Part shown: in pieces, positions 53,755 through 64,000 of the stretch
Layout: each line of letters starts with the position of its first letter
How positions within the stretch are numbered: position 1 is the first letter of the stretch
Assembly: GCF_964204645.1 (NCBI RefSeq)
Contig: NC_134029.1
Coordinates: 9,760,850 to 9,824,849, forward strand
Source of the DNA: Tubulanus polymorphus
Taxonomy: Eukaryota > Animalia > Nemertea
DNA: 64,000 nt
Direction of reading: 5' to 3'
Position numbers and translations under genes: made by a program
The notes under the pieces: model-generated
Told to the model about the DNA's origin: nothing
Database searches by the model: none
What the model saw: only the letters and a program-made list of their open reading frames with translations

Positions 53755-53840
53755 ATGACGATGACGTTTAGAATAGTAGAAATGTCGAATAAACTACTAG
53801 CTCTATTATGAAACATTTTCGGACTTGTTTTTCGTTTTCA
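53755..53840 (+). mobile_element. Penelope-like pLTR remnant (decayed hammerhead)
   Basis: aTGACGATGAC-gtttagaata-GTAGAAATGTC-GAATAAACTA...AACATTTTCGGACT is colinear with 52664-52730. Confidence 0.5.
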
Positions 53841-56800
53841 TTGTGGAATTCTTGTTATACGATAAGATATTCTTGTGTGTACTTAAATTTCACTTTCTAC
53901 TGCATATCCCTTGTCTCTTTTTATTTGTTTTCAAATGAATCCATCTATGAAAAATATCGAGACGGAGAACTAACATGCCATTTAGCACACTTGAATCAGG
54001 GATGATTTTTTCCCCAGTTCATTAGCGAGGAATACAAAGACTTCGTCGACTAAAAATTAAATTTTCCTTGCAAATGATGTAGTGCTCGAATTAAACCAGC
54101 TCGAGTAGAGGGACGTCGGAGGTTGCTCGGCAGCATAGCCTTAAAGGCCAAAAAGGTGTGTTGTTGCGTGGATCTTCTGTTTGAAACTGCAGCAGGTTCC
54201 ATTAGGAACTGCTCGATTTTACTGGCATTTTGCTGTAATCCAATAGGTAGGGAGCTATATACCCGGGTGACGTTATACTGGATGTACTACCAATGGATAA
54301 CAAAATGCAATTCATAACCATGAAAGTTTTAGTTCGTTTCATAATGTACGCTATAGTATACTTATTATAAACAGACAGAGCATAACTTATTTGGTTTCTG
54401 TGTCCAAACTCGGTATCGCCCACATTATTGAGGTAAATTATTTTGGGACTGCATTTCAGGCCTATACCGTCCAATCTAGAACTATCTTCATCTTCTCGCC
54501 GATCATGGCCAGCTGATTTAAGAAATACTGAAAAAATGATTTTACGTAACACTGCATTAGTTTGTGCGTGTGGGTTAGTCGCGTGACGGAAAGCGAATCT
54601 ATTCTTTCAGATCGTCGCTTTCGCGTTAACGGTTCGGATCTCAAAGTGGATTATCTTTTCCTTTCTGAAACGCGCTGGTATTCAATGGTTGAATCGGCTC
54701 CGTGATTCACCTGAAGGGCGCGATTAAATGACCAATTAGTGCGGAGAGCAGAAACGGATAACTAGAAAAACACGATCAAAGTACTCCTTAATACGAGCGA
54801 AGTATCGATCGCGTAACCGGCCCCCCGAGTACACGGTACGGTGATTAGTTCTCATTTCGAGCTATGCTCCATTTGTTCTATGTGGGTTTAATCTATCGTC
54901 CAAACATTCATCCGTGCAACATTTCAATGGACGAATTTACGTCGCAATCGACAACATAAGCGATGAAAATGAAAAAGAATCTTGCTCTAGTTCATCGCTG
55001 AATCGATCTCTCGATGAAACATCGTTTCGTTTACAAACAGGAGGCTAGCATGCAATAGAAGCCTGGTAAGATGTTCACAAAAATGGAATCTACATGAACA
55101 ATCGGTTTCTGTTTTCAAAAGTATACGTTCACCCTAATGGACCAAAATCTAAAAAAATATAATTGTCTGGACACTAAAAAATGTAATAATCATTTGTTTG
55201 AAGTTATTTTTGTAACATGATTGATGGTTCGATACCTATTATGATTCTCACGACTTTACTTCGGCGATGCACCATGATGTCTATACATTTTACTCGTGCC
55301 ATCTAATCTGAATGATATAACAATAGATTTTTGCGCAAATCTGTACTGAAGCGTCCTGGGGACGTGATTATTTCTTTCTATTTTCGGTCAATTTAAAAAT
55401 AACAAAATTAGATAAGAATTTGTTTTGTAAAATTTTATTTTTTGTCCATTGATAATACTAGAATTTACGGAAGAGCATTGCGGAAGTTTTAATGTCGAAA
55501 TTTCGGCCGCAAAGCTATTCCGTAGAAATTAAATAAGAATCTATAATTTTTCATTCAATTCTATATTTTTTCGACTGGTGGTGATTTAACTCCGACGTTT
55601 TTCTTCACGGGGTTTGAATCGTTTGAAATAGAATGCAATTACAGATTTGACTTCGATGGGTAGAGAGTTCTTGTCACACGTTTTCCCAGTGACGCTTGAC
55701 GCTAGAGTTTACGTCACTATTTTGTACGTTTGCTTGGTGCGAAACATGTTACGACATGTTTCACGCCAAGCAATTATCTATTCATCATACACGGACATTG
55801 TGTTTTCTTCTCGACTCATCATGTAACGACATTCATGTATTACACAGTTTCGGCAATTCTGCGGCGTGTTGATTTAAAAAGCATTAGCGACACACTTAAG
55901 AAACAATACTCGACTCAGTTTGGAAACATTATATCGGTACTCAAGTGACTGAATTTTTATCTTGTTTTATGATTTTCAATGGGCAAAAACATAGTATTTA
56001 ATTGAAAATAGATCTTTTATCTAATTCCATGATTTTTCAATCGGCAAAAAAATTAATAATCATGTCCCCCTGGATGCTTCCGTACATTTGCTTAGTGTTT
56101 TTTTGATTGACAGAGGTGTCTCGATTGCGCCATCTGGAGCTGGTGGTTTCATGGCTGCAATGTTAGATTATTACTATCAATTCTTACCCGATAAATTAGA
56201 CATTCCGCTAAAGGAACTGGTTTTCACGAAACGTTGAATTTTTGAAATATCGTACTAATCTCATATATATAGTCCCTTCGCACTCTTTTGCCGTATGATA
56301 TCACTGAAAACACAATTAACCCCTATGTTATTTAGACATATTTGTCGAGGCCACATTTTTGCTGCTTCTACTATAAGCAACCTTTATTTACATTCAGCCG
56401 GTTTCCCTGATCATAAAATTGTTACTGACCAGCGTATAATGTCTATTTACGAGCATTAACACGCTGATTGGTTGCGCCGATAGAGCTGTCGGAATTTTCT
56501 ACCGCGTTATCCACGGCATCCGGTATCAAAGCAATTACCGCGACCTAGCCGTCAGGTGCTCAGTGGCAGACGTCAAAATTTCAACTTATCGCTCTGACGT
56601 GTCGGAGAACGAGGGCATTTCACATGTTTCATTGAGATACCATCGTTTTCTCCATTAAGAATTGGAAAAAAGTCGCTGAAAGTATTTTTATCTTGACTAG
56701 CTTTTATCTTGTAGCCCACCATACATTGTCAGGAACGAAACAAGGGGTTTGGATCAGAAATTGCGAGTCGAAGTACGTGCATTGAAATAGATCGAACTTG

Positions 56801-58175
56801 CAGAATATTTAGTTTGAATCGAAGTGCATAATTAGAAATTTCAGTTTGACCTTTTCCAATACACACCTATATTTCCAATTGGCATACATTATAGAATTTC
56901 TACCCAGAAATTTTTGGAATCTCTTACTATTGCTTAAACAAATTACGAAGTTCCACCATCATTTAAGTCAAACTTAGAATTTGAGCGTAAACATTTCGAA
57001 AACGGCGAATTCGGCGCGTTCTATGATTTGCTGCCAAAGTTAGATTCTTCAATGAATCTTTCTTGCTTTATTGCTTTTATGAATGATCTACGTTTTAGCC
57101 CGACATTTAGTAAAACGCAAACGCAAAGATCCATGAGTTCTCTCGTCGTGCTTTTGTTGTACGTGTATTTACAATTATCCAATTCTTCTGGTCGTTTTAC
57201 TCATGATAATAAGTCAGGCGGTTTTGAAGTTTCTCTCTAGCAGGGACGGTGATGTAAAAATCCTCTATACGGTTTGGCCGACGCGTTGAATCCTGAAGAA
57301 AGACATACGGCAAAAGGGCTTCCAGATTATCTAGATGAAAGTGTGAACCCGGTTTGAAGTGTAAGCTTATTCACATCCTCGGTGCATCCCCAATGAGTAT
57401 GTATTTATCTATCATGGGGTGCAATTGGTACTTCACATTCGGTATGCCAATGCCCCCATTCCACCTCATCAAATCACAAATTTGGATAATGGTGTAAAAA
57501 TCGATTATTCGCGTTTTCACGAACATGCACAAATAACGGCTGCCTGACGTGTGATTGGTAAAGATTTACAAACAAGATCAGATGATGATTCGAAGCAACA
57601 CTCGCAGAAAGAGCATCCTAATCTATGATTTATACACTTTCTGGAATGAAACCGGTCCTTATCTTCATTTATTTCATTTGAGGACATTGTACATATCATT
57701 TCTACACACGGTGTTGCACTTTTTCTCGCCCAGTTATCAGTCATTCTTCATGGAACATCACGGTAATTGCACGTGTTCTTCTAATCATCATTCACCTGCG
57801 GATGACCTCGGAGGCAGTCGTCAAGAGCCGGTACGACATCACGAGGTTTGGTCGATGACTAAAAGGCAAACCTCAGTACAGCGCATAAAATCTTTTAAAT
57901 CTATTCACTTTACTTTTTCTTACGATATATGTTCCAGTTATCATCAAAATAATCCTGTTGTTTGATATTCTTTCAAACGCTTTGAATTTGTCTGACGGTC
58001 GTTCATTTGGTAGAATGGCCAAGCAACACATCGTGTACTTCTCTCCACCCAAATCCTGTCAATAGTCTCACCAGGGACCGACGTGTTTGTAACTCTACTG
58101 GCAGAACAGGTAAAAGCAAATCTACGGGCTCATCATTTCACCGAGAAAAGAATTACTACGCGCTGATCGATAGAA

Positions 58176-58350
58176 GGTGAAGTAAATTTCAGAAGTCGAC
58201 AATCGGCAAGCTGCAATCGGCAACCTGATAGTCGACGATTATCGCCTCGAGAGCTGGTGTTTCTGATTGCCGAATGCCGATTGTCGACGTGAGAACCACT
58301 GGTCGACTATCAGGTTTCTGCCGGCAATCTAAAACCGGATCACTCACCTC
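58176..58350. mobile_element. MITE-like element with internal inverted GTCGACAATCGGCA motifs
   Basis: GTCGACAATCGGCA ... TGCCGATTGTCGAC and ACCTGATAGTCGAC ... GTCGACTATCAGGT inverted pairs; AGGTGA/TCACCT ends. Confidence 0.55.
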
Positions 58351-58502
58351 ATTTAAGAAACCCTCAACGATGGATCTATATTCTGGAGTTGAACCACTCC
58401 ACTTTTCACAACTTTTGCTATAATTAGAATTGATAAATAAAGTAAACGATCGAAATTGAAAAAGTTATACTGATATTGAGCAATTTCGGTCGCATAAACG
58501 AA

Positions 58503-58765
58503 ATGATTTGTTTTTGCACGCTAGGGATTTGTTTTTGCGCAAACACATTTGTTATTGCGCCTACTCGTGGACGATGAAAAAAAAACTTTTTAATTTAAAA
58601 AGAATTTCTTTATCCGCCACGATAATGCGCAAAAACAAATCTTACCGCACGAAAACATACTTTTAACGCGCAAAAACAAATCTTAATACCGCGCATAAAC
58701 AAACTGTTTGAGCGTTAGAATTTTGTTTACGTGCGGAAGATTTGTTTTTGCGCGTTTTTGCAGAT
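58503..58765. repeat. Cluster of GATTTGTTTTTGCGC motifs in both orientations (MITE-like subterminal repeats)
   Basis: Several GATTTGTTTTTGC(A/G)C copies on + and GCGCAAAAACAAATC copies on -. Confidence 0.6.
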
Positions 58766-59251
58766 GATAGAAAAATATTGACATGTCCTGAATCAGCCAC
58801 AATAAGGAATGTTTTTTTCTCTTTTTGAATGTCTTGATCTAATGATGTTTCTGATTGCAGATTCAAATAACGGCATAACTTGTAAAGTTTGTACATACGA
58901 GTTTTTAGATAAACGTCCTATGGAGTTTAATAATCTGATATCCTGTCTCAACCAGGATAACACAGCAAAATATGTACTGCCAATGTATAGAATTGCCCTT
59001 CCTCCATCGTTGAATAATGCATGGGATGGTTTCGAAAATTGAATTGAAAATCGCCCGCTATCACCTCGTTAACAACGTGGGTTTCATTCCATATTCTTTT
59101 CTTGAAAATAAATTTCTCATTTGGTTCATTTTATCATGTTTCTTTCGTTTTTTATGTTGCTTTCATTGTATAGTCTGCAAAATGTATTCACAGCAACATA
59201 GCGAATTGTTCTTCAACGTGTATCAACCATTGTTTATGCTTATAAAACGAA

Positions 59252-59257
59252 TTTATT
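59252..59257 (-). promoter_or_regulatory. Candidate polyadenylation signal of the Amt gene
   Basis: AATAAA on the - strand about 900 nt after the stop codon. Confidence 0.3.
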
Positions 59258-60153
59258 TCATCAAAATTTACATATAACGTCCTATGATGATTTCAAACTG
59301 GAAGGAAATTATTGCTACCGTCTTTCGCACAATGTCTCTCTGATGGATGGTGTATTCCAATAAATATTGACTGTCCTTAGCCTCTGAATAATCAATAGTA
59401 TATTAAGAATAATGGGAACTACAAATTGTTAAGCTCATAGTAGATAAAAAGAAATTAATGAATACTGCTAAAAATATTATGATAGAATTTTCAGTTTTGA
59501 CATAAGCCCCTTCGGCATTGAGTGTCATAGTTTAAGTAACATCGTAAGATAGATGATTTGCAAAAGTAATAACCTCACATTGGTTTTCAACATATTAGTC
59601 TACAGAATGTTTGCTTAGAATTGTACGTGGTGGCTATTCAAGGTCCTTTCGGAGAACGATTTGCGTTTCCAAACATTGCGTGAGTCAGAAAAACCGCAGG
59701 TACCACACCTTGATAATGAATGCTACGTTTTGCACCCAATCCGTTACGGTTTTAATATATTTCTTTCATTTTCCGAGTATCTAGTCGCGCTTCTTCAATG
59801 TTCGATATCACAATGCGCACAAGACGTATGGTATGGTCTGACGTACATTTTTGAAAAAGTAATCTCTTTTCAGCTAAAAGCCACTTTTCACATGAATGAC
59901 AATCTTTTCTCGGTTTTGAAAAGGTTCTTAATCTCTTATTGCCATTCTGCGTCAAGCAGTGGCAAGCATAAACAAAGGGAGGTAATTTCACCTTACGAAA
60001 ATACCCGGTTATATCAATTTACCGAAAAAAATCGGAAATCAGGAAATACCATGGGTGCTTCGTGAACACGGATGTACCATACCATAAGAGCTATCAGTGT
60101 TATTTAAGTATATCACAGAGAGGCGTTGTTATCGTCGTTCTAATGAGTAAACG

Positions 60154-61146
60154 TCATAGATAGGTAACAACCGTTTCGTTTTCGATTTCATTGATAGCAG
60201 TGACGTCTCCGGTGTCCGAAACGAAAATGTTCGATTCAGCCGTCTCGAAGTCTGCTTTTTGCTTGTTCGCCGTTTGCAGGTGTTCATTTTTCAACAATAA
60301 TTTCGCCGCACTTAAATCGTTCAAATCGTTCGATCTCAACGCGCCATTATGTTTAGATGGAGCACGTAGACTTGAAAACTTTTTAAATTGGCGGTCCCGA
60401 CATTGACTATGGAGTCTTTCTAGATTACTGGCATGGCTTTCCTCTTCGTCAGAGTGATAGCCATGATTAGATTCGGCCCTTGTTAGTATCTCATTAACGC
60501 GTGCTAACGTCGTGTCAACGTTATGTTTGCTTTGGTTGACTCCCGAACTGATACGGAACACGCTACTGCACGAGCTCTTGCGACTTCTTGCCGCGGATGT
60601 GTCGCAATAACGTTTACCGTAGGCGTTACTTCCACGCCTCGACCCGTACAACTCCATGTATCGTTCAAGATCCTCATCGGAAATCGGGTCGTCCGATGGG
60701 CTGGGCATTTGGTTATTATGGTTCTCAGCTCCGCCTCCACTAGTTCCTATTCCGTTCATTTTCGGCCCATTTCCATTCGAAATAGTACCGCTTTCCTCCT
60801 TGAGCGCTTCTAATGCGCGAACCGCGTTTAATCTCAGCGTCAATCGACGAAGCTGCCTACTAGCACTAACACGGCGATATTCGTGGTTTTCCTGAGCCAC
60901 GTTTATTTGCTCGTACTCGTCGAAATCGTCTTTAACGTCCAATACTTTTTCGGATATTTTGTCGTAGTTCACGTCCCCGATAGAGTGTTCTACGATGTCG
61001 GCGCCGAGTATCTCGTGCTGTTGAGATACCCGTAAACCGATCGACAGGTCGATGAGCTTCAAAAAGAAAAACGAAGACGCCGCTGTCCACGCCATCATAG
61101 CAAGCAGCCCAGACGCTTGGACACCCAGTTGTCTCCAGTGCCCACT
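60154..61146 (-). CDS. amt: Ammonium transporter (Amt/MEP family) terminal exon: last TM helix and long cytoplasmic tail
   Basis: Acceptor ttttatag|AGT at 61147/61146; SGHWRQLGVQASGLLAMMAWT...IGLRVSQQHEILGADIVEH is the conserved Amt QL.VQ and GLRV..E..G.D..EH C-terminal signature; 993 nt open to TGA at 60154. Confidence 0.95.
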   Translation of the reverse strand, partial: SGHWRQLGVQASGLLAMMAWTAASSFFFLKLIDLSIGLRVSQQHEILGADIVEHSIGDVNYDKISEKVLDVKDDFDEYEQINVAQENHEYRRVSASRQLRRLTLRLNAVRALEALKEESGTISNGNGPKMNGIGTSGGGAENHNNQMPSPSDDPISDEDLERYMELYGSRRGSNAYGKRYCDTSAARSRKSSCSSVFRISSGVNQSKHNVDTTLARVNEILTRAESNHGYHSDEEESHASNLERLHSQCRDRQFKKFSSLRAPSKHNGALRSNDLNDLSAAKLLLKNEHLQTANKQKADFETAESNIFVSDTGDVTAINEIENETVVTYL

Positions 61147-62792
61147 CTATAAAACAAAATAAGAAGACATGACACATTATTTGATTTAATTTGTTAGTTT
61201 ATGAATGATATTCTATTGATGTTAATGACGCCATATGCATACGATACCAAATCTGATTCATAGAACCAAACGCAGTTAATACTTCGGTTTTACAAGTGTA
61301 CGTATTAGTATACCCTTAAACTATATAGTGGTCGCGTAGCTATATATGCTCCAGTCAAACACAAGTGTTACAGTTGTTTCCAAGAATTCGTTGACACTGA
61401 ACCAACGTCTGTCATGGTGGTATCCCGACACCGTTCTATTTCGCATAGAAACGATAACTAAGTCTCTAATCGGCCCAATCTCTCTTCTGACAACAGCAAC
61501 AATCTCTCTACAGCTTTGCTGTCGTCAGTGAAAGATCCTTCTTTCTCTCAACATTGAACATCTAATCACTTAATTCATACAAATGCCATCTACGGACGAG
61601 TGTGGTGGCTTGAAGAATCACACACGTAGCAACCAGAGCAATTGTTTCAAGACAAAGCGATTTTTAAATGAAATCGAAAACATGAATAATGAAGAACGTG
61701 AAATCTTTTGAAAAAAAATGAAATGAAAATGAATTCAAAGATTTGATCGATCATTATAACAACGGCAAAGAATAATCGTTATCAACCAAAATATGGTTTT
61801 TGAACGTTTATTCGTTAATGTTCTCCCAGATAAAGCTGTTAGCCGGGCGAGGATCGCAAAGTATACGCTAAGAATTATGAATTCTTTCCGGAGGAATAGT
61901 AACTATCAGTCAGATTTAGCGGTATACATATGTCAATGTAGATGTATCTTATCCGTTTTCCTTGTCCTGGGCTACATTGGCTACATCGATCATTATCCGG
62001 ACAACCCATCCGTCAGTATTCGATTGAATCTAGTTAGAAAAATATGGCCGAGACGTTGCCATGGCTTCTGAAGGGAAAACTGTCGACATTCGACTACTCA
62101 ATACCAGTGACAAACGATTTGAGGCCATGTATACCCGATGAATTAAGATGCCATTGGACTACCAGAAACACGTTTCGTCCACAACCAGCGCTGAACAACC
62201 GGCTGAATATTGACAGAGGCCAGATTGAATTAATCCAGTCAGCGTGAGAAAATATTTGTATAATACGTTTAGGTTTTCGCCTGCATTGACCATGACGATT
62301 CAGCTACGATTGTGTAAGTATGCAGCTAGTGGATATAGAGGGATTAAGTGTTTTCGGTGCAATAATTCATAACCTATTAAAGATATCAATTTTTTGCTGC
62401 GCAACAATGGTTCATGGAGCAGAAAGCCGTATCGTAAACGACTAAAAGCTTCCTTAGCGCATCATTATTACTAGTAATCATGACTGAAAAAAAAACAGTG
62501 AGGTCTAAAGCTGGTATGCTGTTCCCTGGAAGTCAATAACCCCCAAAACAATGTGACCGTCAATGTGACAATGTACCTATTCAGTACATGTAAGGATATC
62601 AATATATCTATCCTTTGCTCACTGGAATTAGAGCGACATCGTGTCGATTCGAGTAAGAAATACATATTTTCAATGTTAGAATACAGAAGACTGGAGGATC
62701 GTACCAAAACGGTACCGTTATCGAAGTGGAGTAGTTTTGTAGTGGCGGGGGTTACGACTTGTTGAAGTAGATGGGAAATAAAATGGCCTTAC

Positions 62793-62914
62793 GTAGAATA
62801 AGCCACCATTGGCGTGCGGTTGTGATAAAGCCTCGCGATATTCATCCAAGCGTGCGAATAGCCCGGGTACTAACACACTCCACATTCCTGCAAGACAGTG
62901 GACGGGCACGACAC
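62793..62914 (-). CDS. amt: Ammonium transporter penultimate exon: (G)VVPVHCLAGMWSVLVPGLFA...NGGLFY
   Basis: ttttag acceptor, TAC|gtaagg donor, 122 nt, phase 1/0, joins the terminal exon in frame; contains the second pore His (VH..G.W) and GLFY. Upstream exons were not found in the window. Confidence 0.93.
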
Positions 62915-64000
62915 CTAAAATCGATAAAAACAGAAATGTCATAGAAATCGATTTTCGTGAGGTTTTTTAATTAAGAAATAAGATACCATAAAGCATTATT
63001 TGTCCCAACTTTCAACAAAAAGACAATCAATCATTGTACACATGTATGATATATTTCACGGTGATTGGCCTCGTTAAAGATAAAAAAGATGAAGGTTAAC
63101 AGTTCTAATTTTACGTCTCCCTGGATGGTAGAAGATGGGTATAATCGAACATCGGGCAAGCTAGTCATATATTCCTTTTCAACAGATTCACCAAATTGAA
63201 ATACATTTGTAACACCTACATTATCTACACCACTGCTTCTCTAAAAGACATGAGGTGGATTCACAAAATTGATTCAAGTTGCATTTTGAGGAAATTTGTA
63301 CTAGACGGTTGTCTTTAGAGCGTTTCATTGCGAGACGTGCTAGATTTTGAGCATGATCTTTTAACCTTCGGCGACCTCGTGGTCAACTAATCAAGTTTAT
63401 TCTTGATACCAACCTGTAGCATACATCAAGACAACTAAATGAGAGGTCATGTAGTCATAGGGTGTTTCAATGAAGAGCTATTATCAATTTAGTTTTCCCT
63501 GTGCCCAAGATATTCTGTTTCGGTGATATATATGCGGACACGAATATTACAAAAAAAGTATCTAGAGAATTTGTGAAATTTTGAATTGAGATGTTCAATA
63601 ACAGTTTTTGGGTGTCCAGGACATTCCCTATATCGATGCGTCTAAAAGTGGGGCGGCTTGACGTGATGTAGATGGTCAGCTATCTATTTGATGGTTGAAC
63701 CGGACATAATCCGTTGCCTAAGCAACCTTTCAAGGGACAAATCTCCCATAATCGGATAATTAGACGAACATGAAAATGACGAAAATGATGCAATACCACA
63801 AAAATGGTACATCAAAGCAAAGGTTACTTCAAAGAGCTAAGGCGATACGGTGAACTAGAGCGATGGGAAGTACGAAAATGAGGAATAATGCTATAGATTA
63901 GTAATCACTAATCGAATCCACAAATAAGACAAATAGTTAACGAAACCCATATATTCAAGCAAATAGCAACACATTATCAAATCAATTGAAACTTAAGTTA

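Noticed and set aside
60191-61177. Additional ORFs overlapping the Amt terminal exon on both strands
   Set aside because: Shadow frames of a genuine coding exon.
62915-64000. Further Amt exons
   Set aside because: No - strand frame with the expected (I/V)DDP motif and splice sites was found; the sequence looks intronic and repeat-derived.

Overview
Eukaryotic, intron-rich, AT-rich invertebrate genomic DNA; the repeat content looks lophotrochozoan/marine-invertebrate-like, but that is inference. Two protein-coding genes are supported, arranged tail-to-tail. (1) A + strand carbonic-anhydrase-related protein (CARP, CA10/CA11-like, predicted acatalytic) with nine phase-consistent exons from 25677 to the stop at 50140 and an uncertain first exon near 16185-16395. 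(2) The last two exons of a - strand Amt-family ammonium transporter (62914-62793 and 61146-60154) with a C-terminal tail of about 276 aa ending in a PDZ-type motif; its upstream exons lie beyond the window. The rest is intron or intergenic DNA containing 5'-truncated LINE remnants, a tRNA-derived SINE, several MITE families and Penelope-type minimal hammerhead ribozyme remnants. The most notable repeat structure is an inverted pair of 9-bp-TSD MITEs with tRNA-like A/B boxes in their termini, one carrying a nested Harbinger-like MITE. Almost all of the supplied short ORFs appear spurious. I see no CRISPR array, rRNA or intact tRNA, and no strong evidence for a wholly new biological system; the findings are the best leads, with their limits stated.
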